From assembly GCA_963799335.1 (NCBI GenBank), contig CAWCWR010000001.1, positions 436,414 to 500,413 of the forward strand: 64,000 bases of DNA, in the 5' to 3' direction. Below the pieces are notes generated by a model, which was not told where the DNA came from, did not search any database, and was given only the letters and a program-made list of their open reading frames with translations. A program made the position numbers and the translations under genes. Shown here piece after piece: positions 52,633 to 63,711 of the stretch (its first letter is position 1; each line of letters starts with the position of its first letter). The stretch is from an uncultured Phycisphaeraceae bacterium. GTDB taxonomy: Bacteria; Planctomycetota; Phycisphaerae; Phycisphaerales; Phycisphaeraceae.

Positions 52633-55424
52633 ATGGACCCTAATAAATTCACGCAAAAAACGCAGGAAGCCCTGCAGCAGGCCCAAAACCTCGCCGTCGA
52701 AGCGCGGTCATCAGGCTGTCGATGTCGAGCACCTCACCCTCGCGCTGGTCGAGCAGCCCGACGGCCTCATCCCCCGGCTGCTGGACAAGCTCCAGCGTCC
52801 CGCCGACGTCGTCGCCGGCGAACTCCACCGTCAGCTTGCCGGCCGCCCGTCGGTCACCGGCGGCAGCGCCTCGACCGGTCTCCCAAGGCCAGATCGCCGT
52901 CACCCAGCCTCTGCAGCAACTCCTCGTCGCCGCCGAGAAACAGGCGTCAGCCGGCTCAAAGACGAGTACGTCAGCGTCGAGCACCTGATCCTCGCCTTGC
53001 TGGACAAGCGGCAACTCCCCCGCGGCCAAAATCTTCAAAGACCTGGGCATCTCGCTGGACACCTTCCGCGGCGCTCGACCGAGATCCGCGGCAACCAGCG
53101 CGTCCAGTCCGCCAACCCCGAAGCGACCTACGAGTCGCTGGCCAAGTACGGCCGGGACCTGGTCGAAGTCCGCGCTCGGGCAAGATGGACCCGGTCATCG
53201 GCCGCGACGAAGAGATCCGCCGCACCATCCGCATCCTCTCCCGCAAGACGAAGAACAACCCCGTGCTCATCGGCGAGCCGGGCGTCGGCAAGACCGCCAT
53301 CGCCGAGGGACTCGCCCAACGCATCGTCCGCGGCGATGTGCCCGAAGGCCTCAAGAACAAGACCGTCTTCGCCCTGGACATGGGCAGCCTGATCGCCGGC
53401 GCGAAATTCCGCGGCGAGTTTGAAGAACGGCTCAAGGCCGTGCTTAATGAAGTCAAGCAGGCCGAAGGTCGGGTCATCCTCTTCATCGACGAATTGCACA
53501 CCATCGTCGGCGCCGGCAAGGCCGACGGGGCCATGGACGCGGGCAATCTGCTCAAACCCATGCTCGCCCGCGGCGAGCTGCACTGCATCGGCGCGACCAC
53601 GCTCAATGAGTACCGCCAGTACATCGAGAAGGACGCCGCCCTCGAGCGTCGCTTCCAGCCGGTGCTGGTCGATCAGCCGACGGTCGAAGACACGATCAGT
53701 ATTTTGCGTGGATTGCGCGAGCGGTTCGAGGTTTTTCACGGCGTGAAGATTCAGGACAACGCGCTGGTCGAATGCCGCCGTGCTGAGCCACCGCTACATC
53801 ACCGACCGCTTTTTGCCCGACAAGGCGATCGACCTGGTGGACGAAGCGTGCGCGATGATCCGCACGGAGATGGACTCGATGCCCGCGGAGTTGGATGACC
53901 TGACCCGCCGGGTGATGCAGCTGGAAATCGAAGAGGCGGCGTTGAAAAAGGAGACCGACGACGCCAGCCGTTCGCGCCTGCGCGTTCTCCAAAAGGAGCT
54001 TGCGGACCTGCGCGACCGACGCCGACGCGATGCGGACGCGGTGGGAAAACGAGCGGGGCAACCTCGACAAGGTCCGCCACCTGCGCGAACAGATCGAGCA
54101 GACCAAGCTGGAGATCGAGCAGGCCGAGAACGCCTACGACCTGCAGAAAGCCGCCGAGCTGAAGTACGGCAAGCTGCCGGAACTGGAGAAGCAACTCGTG
54201 GCGGAGGAACAGCGGGCCGGGGCGTCCTCGGATGCGTCGCGCACGGGCGTATCCGCCCCGGGCAGATCCGGGCAGCGGGGGGGAGGAGCATAAGGTCCGG
54301 GCCGGGGACGGCCCGGCTCACGGAAGTAGCCGGCTCACGGAAGTAGTCCGGCTCGGGGGGGGATGCGGCCTCGCCCCTCTTCCGCGACGCGGTGACCGAC
54401 GACGAGATCGCCCAGATCGTCGCCCGCTGGACCGCATCCCCGTCGCCCGCCTCGTCGAAGGCGAACGCGAAAAACTCCTCAAACTCGCCGACACCCTGCA
54501 CGAGCGCGTCATCGGCCAGGACGAAGCCGTCCAACTCGTCGCCGACGCGGTGCTCCGCGCCCGCGCCGGCATCAAGGACCCCAAGCGGCCCATCGGCAGC
54601 TTCCTGTTCCTCGGGCCCACCGGCGTGGGCAAGACCGAACTCTCCAAAGCCCTGGCCGAAGCGCTCTTCGATAGCGAAGACAACCTCGTCCGCCTGGACA
54701 TGTCCGAGTACATGGAAAAGCACAGCGTCTCCCGCCTCATCGGCGCCCCGCCGGGTTACGTCGGCTACGACGAGGGCGGCCAACTCACCGAGGCGGTCCG
54801 CCGCAAGCCCTACGCCGTGGTCCTCTTTGACGAAGTCGAAAAAGCCCACGCCGACGTGTTCAACGCGCTGCTGCAGGTCCTCGACGACGGCCAGCTCACC
54901 GACAGCCAGGGCCGGACGGTCAATTTCAAAAACACCGTCATCATCATGACCTCCAACCTCGGCAGCCAGTTCATGCTCGACGATTCCATCTTGATGGGCG
55001 AGTCCACATCCGCGGGCGGCTTGTCCGATCCACCAAGAACCAGGTCATGGCCAGCGTCCGGGCCCACTTCCGCCCCGAGTTTCTCAACCGCGTCGACGAG
55101 ATCGTCATGTTCACCCCGCTGGGCCTGGGCGAGATCCGGCAGATCGTCACGCTGCTGGCCGCCGACCTGCAGCGTCGTCTCGCGGACCGGCGGATCACGT
55201 TGACGATCACCGACGCCGCCGCGACCCACCTCGCCGAGGCGGGCCACGACCCGATCTACGGCGCCCGGCCGCTGCGTCGCTACCTCCAACGCGACCTCGA
55301 GACCCGCCTGGGCCGAGCCATCATCGCCGGGGAAGTCCCCGACGGCTCCACGGTCACTGTCGACCACCGGGAAGACGACGACGCCGACGACCCTCTGACC
55401 CTCCGCATCACGCCGCCCAAGTAA
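52633..55424 (+). CDS. clpB: ATP-dependent chaperone ClpB, at least 5 frameshifts
   Basis: [24 protein letters not shown]-domain. NBD1: [35 protein letters not shown]. Middle coiled coil. NBD2: [31 protein letters not shown], and C-terminal [10 protein letters not shown]. The segments lie in at least 6 consecutive frames (track ORFs 52633, 53780, 54000, 54232, 55047). Confidence 0.85.
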
Positions 55425-55982
55425 ACATGGTTGCCCTGGTAGAGGTGGCGTGATCGACGGCTCTGCATCGGCCACGGCCTATGGCCTGCCCTGAGCGGCA
55501 GGCCATGCCACCCATCCCACCGGGAGCTAAGCACGAGCGGCGGCGCGATCAGCCCGCCTGCGCGTTTTCTCCGCGTCACTCGACTTACGTTCGCCCGCTG
55601 CCTAACAATTCATCAGTGTTGTGAGCATCACGCTAATTCTCTGTAAAAATGTGGAAAAACCACGTCGGAGGGGTAGACGCGCCCGTCGCCAAGTCTATAT
55701 TCGTGCGGCTTTGCCCACTCCCCAAAGCAGCCGCGCAACCCACACACCCCGGTCCGCCCGCCCACGCCTAGCGTTCCTTCTGTGCCTCGGGATACCCCAA
55801 CGACCCGGTACCCCCGACCGCACGGAACGTGACGGATCCACAACTCCCAAAATCACGAAATTTGTACAAACTCCTCATCCCCACCTCGCGGGTCGAGGCG
55901 AACCTAGAGCCTTGAAACACGTCGCCCGTAATGTCGCAGGCGGCACCCCGAACTTGAGCCGATACGGCTCGGAGGAATCGAT

Positions 55983-56594
55983 ATGAACATGCGTACCAGA
56001 GTCTCGACCCTGCTCACCGCCGGCCTCGCTACCGCGATGCTTTCTCCCGTCGCCTCGGCGGCCTTTATCAACGAGTTCGATTACGACCAGCCCGGCAATG
56101 ATAACGCCGAGTTTGTCGAGATCGTTCTCGCCCCCGGCGAGAACATCGCCGACTTCTCGATCGCGCTCTACAACGGCTCGAACAGCACCCTGTACGGCAC
56201 GATCTCCACCTTCACCGCCGGCGAAACCAGCAACGGCTTCACGGTCTACACCAGCGGCATCCTCGCTGCGAACGGGCTGCAAAACGGCTCGCCCGACGGC
56301 ATCGCGCTGCTCAACGGCAGCAGCTTCGTCCAGGCCCTGAGCTACGAAGGCGCCATGACCGCCGACGGCCAGACGTTCACCGACGTCGGCGTGGCCGAAG
56401 ACAACAACTCCCCCAACCTGTCGGTCTCGCTGACCGGCATCGGCGACGAGTTCAGCGACTTCACCTTCGCCACCCTCGCCCCCTCTGCGGGCCAGTTCAA
56501 CCCCGGCCAAACGATTATCCCCGAACCTGCCAGCCTCGCGTTGGTTGCCCTCGGCGGCCTCGCGATGCTCGGCCGTCGTCGCCGCCACGCCTGA
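55983..56594 (+). CDS. PEP-CTERM protein with lamin-tail-like domain (LTD)
   Basis: Signal peptide, INEFDYDQPGNDNAEFVEI, and C-terminal IIPEPASLALVALGGLAMLGRRRRHA. Confidence 0.8.
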   Translation: MNMRTRVSTLLTAGLATAMLSPVASAAFINEFDYDQPGNDNAEFVEIVLAPGENIADFSIALYNGSNSTLYGTISTFTAGETSNGFTVYTSGILAANGLQNGSPDGIALLNGSSFVQALSYEGAMTADGQTFTDVGVAEDNNSPNLSVSLTGIGDEFSDFTFATLAPSAGQFNPGQTIIPEPASLALVALGGLAMLGRRRRHA

Positions 56595-56741
56595 TCGCTT
56601 CCCACGCCTTTCCACAGACGGCACGCCCAACGGCGTGCCGTTTGCTTGCCTCACCGTGTCGGACCCTGTCGCCCTCGCCGAGGGCCGCCCGACTTTCCAC
56701 GCTCCGCGTGTTCGCCTCATCCCTCAGGAGAGAAGACCCCC

Positions 56742-57530
56742 ATGATCCGTACCACCACCACCGCCCTGCTCACCGCCGCCTGCCTCACCGCCGGCTCCGC
56801 CGCGTCCGCCGCGACCTTTACCGCCTCCTTCGGCTGGGAAGACGGCACGTCCACCACCCTCGGCGCCTTCCCCACCGGCTCGACCACCGCGATTAACGTC
56901 GCCGCCGGCAGCGAGATCGACTACGGCACCGATACCGTGCCCCAATCGGTCTACACCGTGACCCCCATCGAGGGCAACCGCATGCTCCAGGTCACCGAAC
57001 TCGACACCAGCAGCACCAACCCCTCCCCGTTCCTGGCCTTCGTTGACGGCCTCGACGACGGCGACACCGTGACCTACAGCTTCCAGGCCTTCGACCCCAC
57101 CAACGGCCGATCGCCCTCCATCCTCCCCAGCGCGACCTACACCGTCGGCGGCGACATCAACAGCTTCGCCGGTTTCGCCAGCCCCCGCCAAGAATTCGAC
57201 GACTTCCCCGCCTCGGGCTGGGACACCTACGACCTGCGTGACGGCACCACCTCCACCCCGATCGTCATCGACGACGGCGACCAGGACGACCGCGACGGCG
57301 TGGTCCTCCGCGCGACCCTCTTCGCCCAGTCCGCCTCGCAGGCCGGCAACGGCGGCGCAGGAACCTACAATTTCTTCCTCGATGACCTGAACATCAGCGT
57401 CACCACCGACAACCCCAACGCCACGATCACCCTGCCCGACGGCTCGGTCGTCGCGGTTCCCGAACCCGCGACCGCGGGTCTGGTCGCCCTCGGCGGCCTG
57501 ACCCTGCTCGCCCGCCGCCGCCGCGCCTGA
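56742..57530 (+). CDS. PEP-CTERM sorting-domain protein
   Basis: Signal peptide [25 protein letters not shown]-terminal [24 protein letters not shown]. Confidence 0.8.
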   Translation: MIRTTTTALLTAACLTAGSAASAATFTASFGWEDGTSTTLGAFPTGSTTAINVAAGSEIDYGTDTVPQSVYTVTPIEGNRMLQVTELDTSSTNPSPFLAFVDGLDDGDTVTYSFQAFDPTNGRSPSILPSATYTVGGDINSFAGFASPRQEFDDFPASGWDTYDLRDGTTSTPIVIDDGDQDDRDGVVLRATLFAQSASQAGNGGAGTYNFFLDDLNISVTTDNPNATITLPDGSVVAVPEPATAGLVALGGLTLLARRRRA

Positions 57531-57741
57531 GTTGATCCTTCCCCTTCACGCCCGGCCGCCCACCCGCGGCCGGCGGTTTGTTTCCCCCCCCGAAAAAATC
57601 GGTTCCACGATAAATCGCTCTGCCTGGTGCATCCCGGAAGCCGACGCCGACGCCGAGGTCGCCGAAAAATCTGGTACACGCCCCCCCCTCCCCCCTTCTC
57701 CCTCCACCTTGCCTCCCCCCTGTCCCCAAGGACCACGTGCC

Positions 57742-58647
57742 ATGAATTCTTGCCCCCCCCTGTCGCCCCAGTCTCCTTCCCCCCTCAACGCGTCTGCCCG
57801 CCGCTCCCGCTCCGCCTTCACCCTCATCGAACTCCTGGTGGTCATCTCGATCATCGCCCTGCTCATCGGCATCCTCCTGCCGGTGCTGGGCGCTGCCCGC
57901 GACGCGGGCCGCAACACCGCTTGCATGAGCAACCAAAAGCAGTGGGGCCTGGCCCTGATGACCTACCTCAACGATACCGATTTCCGCCTGCCCGATGAAG
58001 GCTTTGGTGCCGATGCCAACGGCGAGGATCACAAGTCGTACTGGTACAACGCCCTGCCGCCGCAGATCGACCTCCTGCCCTATAGCGAAGTCTTTGACGG
58101 GACGATCTTGGCGGCCGATTCAGACTACGGTGACAACAACATCTGGTTCTGCCCCTCACGCTTCTCACGAGAAGGGCACGGCAGCCCGACTTTCGATAAC
58201 GAAGCGTTTCACTACGCGTGGAACGATGTTTTAGATGGCACCAGTTTCCAGCGCCGGGCCAACAATACTTGGCACTCTACCAATTCGGCGGACTACAACG
58301 ATCTCAATCATCTCAACGCCGACATCGTTCCCATGGCATCCAGTACCGCGTACATGGTTGAAGCATTTAGAAATGACTTTCAGCGCGGATCGTTTCGAAG
58401 TTTGGATTTTGACCGCCACGGGGGTAACGACGGGACAAGAGTAGACGGAGCCGGAAACGTTGTGTCGTCTGTGGAGGATTCGGGAACGGTAAACACTGCA
58501 TTTCTCGACGGACACGTGCAAAGTGATAACGCTGGCCTGCTGCAAGAAACTGCGGTGGATGCCGACGGCAACAACATTTTTACCGGGACGTTTTCCAATC
58601 CCGACTACTCATCGAACAACGGCGACGTGGTTTGGGGAGCGTATTAA
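57742..58647 (+). CDS. DUF1559 protein with prepilin-type N-terminal cleavage/methylation domain
   Basis: [45 protein letters not shown]. Confidence 0.8.
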   Translation: MNSCPPLSPQSPSPLNASARRSRSAFTLIELLVVISIIALLIGILLPVLGAARDAGRNTACMSNQKQWGLALMTYLNDTDFRLPDEGFGADANGEDHKSYWYNALPPQIDLLPYSEVFDGTILAADSDYGDNNIWFCPSRFSREGHGSPTFDNEAFHYAWNDVLDGTSFQRRANNTWHSTNSADYNDLNHLNADIVPMASSTAYMVEAFRNDFQRGSFRSLDFDRHGGNDGTRVDGAGNVVSSVEDSGTVNTAFLDGHVQSDNAGLLQETAVDADGNNIFTGTFSNPDYSSNNGDVVWGAY

Positions 58648-58788
58648 GTGTCGGCTGAATATCAACACCGTGTACCTACATAATGTGATTTCCCAGATCA
58701 CCGATCGTGAGCGATTTCGATCGTTGCAAAACAAATACTAATTCCGTCGGCCCAACCGGTCGTCGGGACTTTTTTCATCGGAGAGAAG

Positions 58789-60441
58789 ATGATAAGGCTT
58801 TCGCTTAATAGTTGTTGTAGGTTTGTCTCTGCAGTTTTGGTGGGGGTAACCGCTTCCGCCGACCCTTTCGACGCCCCGACGGGATATTACGATTCGGCGA
58901 CGGGGACGGGGGTGACGCTGCAGAATCAGCTGCACAACATCATCGACAACCACCGGGTGCAGAGCTACAACGCGGCGCGGTCGGCGTTGCAGGTGACCGA
59001 CGAGGACCCGGACGACGGTCGGCGGATGCTGCTGGTCTATAGCCGGGAGTCGCTGGACGTGTCGCGGATCAACGGGAGCCCGCCGGGGTGGGACAGCGGG
59101 CGGAGCTGGGACCGCGAGCACACCTGGCCGCGGAGCCGGGGGGTGGACAGCAGCGGGCCGGACAATTCGGACCTGCACCAGCTGCGGCCGTCGGACCCGC
59201 AGCTAAACTCCCGCCGGGGCAACCTGAACTTCGGCGGGGCGTTCGGGGCCAACGGCGGCAACACGGGTCGCCTCAGTGACGGCGGGGACGTGTGGTATCC
59301 CGGCAACGAGGACGCGGGCATGATCGCCCGGCAGATGTTCTACATGGACGTCCGCTACGACGGCTCGGACAGCAACACCCAAAACCTGCGGCTGGTCAAC
59401 GGCAACCCCGCGCTGGGCGGCGCGACGCTGGGCAATCTCGACCGGCTGATCCAGTGGCATTACGAAGCGGCGCCCGACCGGTTTGAGCGGCGGCGCAACG
59501 ACGTGATCTTTGATGACTATCAAGGCAACCGCAACCCGTTCATCGATCGGCCGCAGCTGGCGTGGTCGGTGTTCGTAGACCGGCGCAACGACAGTCGGAT
59601 CAGCGTGGCGGGCGGGGTGACGTCGGCAGACGGGGGCTCGACGCTGGAGGTAGACCTGGGGCGGGTATTCGTGGGCGGCGCGGGGCCGGAGATCCGCGAG
59701 ATTACGCTCAACAAGAGCGGCAACGACGGGACGTATTATTCGGTGACGGGGGGCGGAGCCGTCACCGGGGCACTGCCGGAGCTCGCGCAGGCCTTCAGCA
59801 GTCTCGGGACCGACGCGGCGACGCTGCGGGTGGGCCTGGACGCCGATTCGTCGTCGGCAGGGGCGTTTGACGGGCAACTGACCATCGACAACCTCGACGT
59901 GACGGACCAGGGCGGCACGGGTCGCGGGGCCCGCGATGCCGACGACGTGGTCGATCTCCGCTACACCGTATTTGACCACGCGACGGCGAGCTTTAGCGGC
60001 GACACCGCGGAGGACCGCCGGTCGCTGGACTTTGGTGACGTGGAATTTGGCGCGGCCGGCGACGACGCGGAACGGGGCTTTTCGATCTTCAACCTTGACG
60101 GGACGGCGGGCTTTACCTCCGCGCTCGCGGTGGGCACGTGGTCAGCGATCTCGGGGGACACCGCGGTGCTGAGCTTGATCGACGGCGACCAGGCGGGGCC
60201 GGATATCGCAGCGGGCGGGAGCCTGCGGCAGGCGGCGATGATCGACGCGTCGGTCGCCGCGGGGACCTATACCGCGGTGTGGGGCCTGGACGTGGGCGAC
60301 GCACTGCTGCTGGCGGGTGTGCAGCAGGGACGGTTGACCCTGACACTGACCGCTCAGGTCGTGCCCGAGCCAGGCTTGGTCGGATTTATGCTGATCGTGA
60401 GCCTGGGCGTGATGACCCGCCGGCGGCGGGCGGCCGCCTGA
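58789..60441 (+). CDS. Extracellular nuclease, endonuclease I family, with PEP-CTERM anchor
   Basis: EHTWPRSRG...DLHQLRPSDPQLNSRRGNLNFG (endonuclease I motifs). C-terminal VPEPGLVGFMLIVSLGVMTRRRRAAA. Confidence 0.75.
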   Translation: MIRLSLNSCCRFVSAVLVGVTASADPFDAPTGYYDSATGTGVTLQNQLHNIIDNHRVQSYNAARSALQVTDEDPDDGRRMLLVYSRESLDVSRINGSPPGWDSGRSWDREHTWPRSRGVDSSGPDNSDLHQLRPSDPQLNSRRGNLNFGGAFGANGGNTGRLSDGGDVWYPGNEDAGMIARQMFYMDVRYDGSDSNTQNLRLVNGNPALGGATLGNLDRLIQWHYEAAPDRFERRRNDVIFDDYQGNRNPFIDRPQLAWSVFVDRRNDSRISVAGGVTSADGGSTLEVDLGRVFVGGAGPEIREITLNKSGNDGTYYSVTGGGAVTGALPELAQAFSSLGTDAATLRVGLDADSSSAGAFDGQLTIDNLDVTDQGGTGRGARDADDVVDLRYTVFDHATASFSGDTAEDRRSLDFGDVEFGAAGDDAERGFSIFNLDGTAGFTSALAVGTWSAISGDTAVLSLIDGDQAGPDIAAGGSLRQAAMIDASVAAGTYTAVWGLDVGDALLLAGVQQGRLTLTLTAQVVPEPGLVGFMLIVSLGVMTRRRRAAA

Positions 60442-60609
60442 GCGCAAGCCGCGCTTAGTGCCCGGAGGTGAGGTTTGTTTGCATTTTCCATTTAGGATAA
60501 TGCGGCATCGTCAAGCTGGTCGGTTGAGCGATCCGTCCGGTATACGCGGGGGCATGAGGCGAAACACGGGCAACCAGAGGATATTTTAAGCCGTGGTTGA
60601 CGGGGAGCT

Positions 60610-61746
60610 TTAGAGGAAGCGCCAGTCGTGGAAGCCGACGGTGTAGGCCCAGAGCAGGGCGTTGGTGATGCCGTGGGACCAGGCGACGGGGCCCAGGCCC
60701 AGGCGGCCGCGGTTGTGCATCGAGTCGTTGGGCAGCGGCGGCGGGGTGAGGTCGGGGTGGATGCGGACGGAGTCCCAGGTCTCGGGGGTCGGGTCATCGC
60801 CGGTGCCTGATTTCCGGGGGCGGGGGCGGGGTTTGTTGGTGATCCAGACCAGCCAACACCAGACGAGGCCGCAGGCGATGCAGCCGGGCCAGTCGCGCAG
60901 GCCGTGGCTGAGCATGAACACGAAGGTGGAGGCGGCCACGGCGAAGACGCTGATCATGCCCACGGGGGTATGCAGGAGCTGGTCGGTGAGCTGGGGGGGC
61001 ATGGCGTTGGCGCGTTGGCCCGCGGGTCGTCGGCCCAGGGCGTCGCCGATGACCGGCAGGTCGGTGGCGAATTGCAGCAGGCCGGCGAAGGTGGGTCGGC
61101 GGTTTTGCAGGCCCCGCAGCATGGCGGAGCGGATAAAGAGTTCTTCAAATAGGGGCACGATCAGCGACATGCCCAGCAGCCGAAGGATCAGCGCGGTCCA
61201 GCCGACGACGGGGGAATCGGCGATTTGCTGTTGGATGGCGTGGGGTTCGACCTGGCCGTCGGCGTTGAGCTCGGGGCCGAAGTAGTTGGGTTCTTCGCCG
61301 CGCTGGGCGTAGGGGTAAGGGCCCAGGGACTCCTGCCACTGCCCGGCAGTCAGTTGCTCCCACCGCCAACCCAACTCGCCGCACATCGCGTATCCCAGCA
61401 CGACCCAGGCGACCAAGAGAAAGACCCCCGTGGGGATCGCCAGCCAGTGGAACCGCAGCGTGAGCTCGGGCAGCAGGCGGCGGTAGACCCACAGCAGCCA
61501 CAGCGTTGCGAAACACTGGACGGCGTAGACCATTGGCTTCAGCCAGCCCAGCGATTCGGGGATCGCGAAGGCCGCGATCGTCATAAAGATGATCCAGCAG
61601 AAAAACGGCACGATCCGCGGGTGCCAGGGGTTGGACCGGATCCACTCATCGAGCGCGGCGGGTATCAGAGGGGGCGGGGGCGGCGGGGAGGATGAGGGGG
61701 GGATAGACATGGTGACGGCCCACGGATCGGGAAACGGCGGCGGCAA
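60610..61746 (-). CDS. CPBP-family intramembrane metalloprotease (CAAX protease-like)
   Basis: Multi-pass membrane protein with an EELFIRS motif and a later H-containing motif. Confidence 0.7.
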   Translation of the reverse strand: MPPPFPDPWAVTMSIPPSSSPPPPPPLIPAALDEWIRSNPWHPRIVPFFCWIIFMTIAAFAIPESLGWLKPMVYAVQCFATLWLLWVYRRLLPELTLRFHWLAIPTGVFLLVAWVVLGYAMCGELGWRWEQLTAGQWQESLGPYPYAQRGEEPNYFGPELNADGQVEPHAIQQQIADSPVVGWTALILRLLGMSLIVPLFEELFIRSAMLRGLQNRRPTFAGLLQFATDLPVIGDALGRRPAGQRANAMPPQLTDQLLHTPVGMISVFAVAASTFVFMLSHGLRDWPGCIACGLVWCWLVWITNKPRPRPRKSGTGDDPTPETWDSVRIHPDLTPPPLPNDSMHNRGRLGLGPVAWSHGITNALLWAYTVGFHDWRFL

Positions 61747-61771
61747 GACGGTGGGGGCTTACGATACGTCC

Positions 61772-62284
61772 ATGCAGTCCCCCCCGCACCCGGCCTCTCT
61801 GGCTATCGACACCTTGTTGGCGGCGTGTGAGACGCGGCGTGGCCGGGGCTCGGGCCCCGGCGGGCAGCACCGCAACAAGGTCGAGACCGCCATCGTGCTG
61901 ACTCATCGGCCCACCGGCGTCAGCGGGCAGGCGTCCGAGCGTCGGCGGCAGACCGACAACCTCAAGGCCGCGACGTTCCGCCTGCGGGTCAATCTGGCGT
62001 TGGAGGTCCGCACTGACCTGTCGGCCGATGCCCAGCCGAGCGAAAGGTGGCGGGCGCGGGTCAAGGGCGGAAGGCTGGCGCTCAACCCGGGGCACGCCGA
62101 TTTCCCGGCCCTGCTGGCGGAGGCATTGGACCGGTTGACGGCCATCGGGTTTGACCTGCCCGCCGCCGCGGCGGGGCTGGGGGTATCGGGCTCGCAGCTG
62201 TTGAAGCTGCTGCGGCACGAGCCGCGGGCGCTGGCGTGGCTGAATCAACAGCGCTCAGCGGCGGGGATGAATCCGCTGCGTTAA
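61772..62284 (+). CDS. Class I release factor-domain protein (ArfB/YaeJ-like peptidyl-tRNA hydrolase)
   Basis: GSGPGGQHRNKVETAIVLTH (GGQ motif). Confidence 0.7.
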   Translation: MQSPPHPASLAIDTLLAACETRRGRGSGPGGQHRNKVETAIVLTHRPTGVSGQASERRRQTDNLKAATFRLRVNLALEVRTDLSADAQPSERWRARVKGGRLALNPGHADFPALLAEALDRLTAIGFDLPAAAAGLGVSGSQLLKLLRHEPRALAWLNQQRSAAGMNPLR

Positions 62285-62507
62285 GCCGGGGAAGGGTTAT
62301 CGGATGCGCGGCCGCGGGGTTGTGTAAACCATTTATCCACCGCCGATAAGACGAGGTCGCATCAAGCCGGACCCGGGGTGAGTCGAAATAAGGGGGAGGC
62401 AAGGGCGGGTTCGAGGTGGGGTGAGGGGGTGAGGTTGTGGGGGGTGTGTGGTCGATGGTTTCCGGGGAGTTTGGGTTTGATGCGAATGATGTGGCCGAGG
62501 GCAGGAG

Positions 62508-63704
62508 TTGATTGTGCTGCGTGTGGATCTGATGCAGGCCAAGCCGGGGATGAAGCTGGCGTTGCCGGTGCAGAACCCGAAGGTGGTGACGCGGACGCTG
62601 CTCAAGGCGGGGTACGAGCTGACCGACGCCGCGATCCAGCGGGTGGGCGAGATGGGGGTCCGCACGTTGTGGGTGGCGTACCCGAGCTTGGCGGGCGTGG
62701 AGAAGTACGTGAATCGGGCGTCGCTGCAGGTTCAGCAGGAGGTGGTGACCAAGATCGCCGACACGTTCCAGGTGGCCCAGGGTCAGACCTCCGCGAAGCT
62801 GGATTACAACACTTACACCGATTCGATCCGGGGCATGATCGATCACGTCGCGACCAACCCCAAGACGTCGGTGTTCATCGGCGAGCTGTCGGATTCTGAC
62901 GACCACCTGATGCGGCACGCCTCGACGGTGACTTACCTTTCGGTGCTGATGGGGATGAAGCTGGAAGGCTACATCATTAAAGAGCGCAAGCACATCAACC
63001 CCGCGAAGGCCAAGGAAATCGTGAGCCTGGGCGTAGGGGCGATGCTGCACGATTACGGGATCACGCAGCTGGACCCGGAGGTGCGCGAGCGTTACGAGCT
63101 GGAGGCTGACGACAGCGACCCGGCCTACCGGGAACACCCGGCGCTGGGCTTTAAGGTGGTCCGGGGACAGATCGATCCGTCGGCCGCGACGATCCTGCTG
63201 CACCACCACCAGCGGTTCGACGGCTCGGGCTTTGCGGGGGCAGAGTTTCCCGCCAAGGCGGGCCACGGCATCCACGTCTACGCCCGGATCGTCGCGGTGG
63301 CGGACCAATTTGATCGGCTGCGTCGGCCGTTGAACCTGCCCGAGCAGCCCACGGTCGCGGTGCTCTCGGCGATGCTGGGCAGCACGATGCGGCAGCGTTT
63401 CGATCCTGAAGTGCTGCGGGTGCTGCTGGAAGTCGTCCCGCCCTACGCCCCGGGGGCCCAGCTCAAACTCAGCGACGGCCGATCCGCGGTCTGCATCGAC
63501 CACAACGTGACCAACCCCTGCCGCCCGGTGGTCAAGACCATCCCCGACCTGTCGACCATCAATCAGGCGGCGGAAGAAGTCAGCGACGGCGAAACGGTCA
63601 ACCTCGCGGAGATGCCCCTGACGCTGTTCGTTGCCGAATGCGGCGGCCAGGCGGTGGCGGAGTTCAACTTCGGCACCGAGCTGCTGCAAAATGCCGCGGC
63701 TTAG
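62508..63704 (+). CDS. HD-GYP domain phosphodiesterase
   Basis: HD motif (GAMLHDYG), HHHQRFDGSGF, and a GYP-like region. Confidence 0.85.
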   Translation: MIVLRVDLMQAKPGMKLALPVQNPKVVTRTLLKAGYELTDAAIQRVGEMGVRTLWVAYPSLAGVEKYVNRASLQVQQEVVTKIADTFQVAQGQTSAKLDYNTYTDSIRGMIDHVATNPKTSVFIGELSDSDDHLMRHASTVTYLSVLMGMKLEGYIIKERKHINPAKAKEIVSLGVGAMLHDYGITQLDPEVRERYELEADDSDPAYREHPALGFKVVRGQIDPSAATILLHHHQRFDGSGFAGAEFPAKAGHGIHVYARIVAVADQFDRLRRPLNLPEQPTVAVLSAMLGSTMRQRFDPEVLRVLLEVVPPYAPGAQLKLSDGRSAVCIDHNVTNPCRPVVKTIPDLSTINQAAEEVSDGETVNLAEMPLTLFVAECGGQAVAEFNFGTELLQNAAA

Positions 63705-63711
63705 GCATTTT

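Noticed and set aside
52633-55424. clpB, dnaJ and dnaA as genuine pseudogenes (genome decay)
   Set aside because: Simultaneous loss of these three with otherwise intact neighbouring operons is biologically implausible. The lesion sites coincide with homopolymers or short repeats, so I interpret them as assembly indels. The feature records note the disruptions.
62321-62335. Near-consensus DnaA box TTATCCACC upstream of the HD-GYP gene
   Set aside because: Single isolated occurrence in a G-rich leader, with no clustering or AT-rich unwinding element. The dnaA-proximal cluster at 23640-23995 is the better origin candidate.
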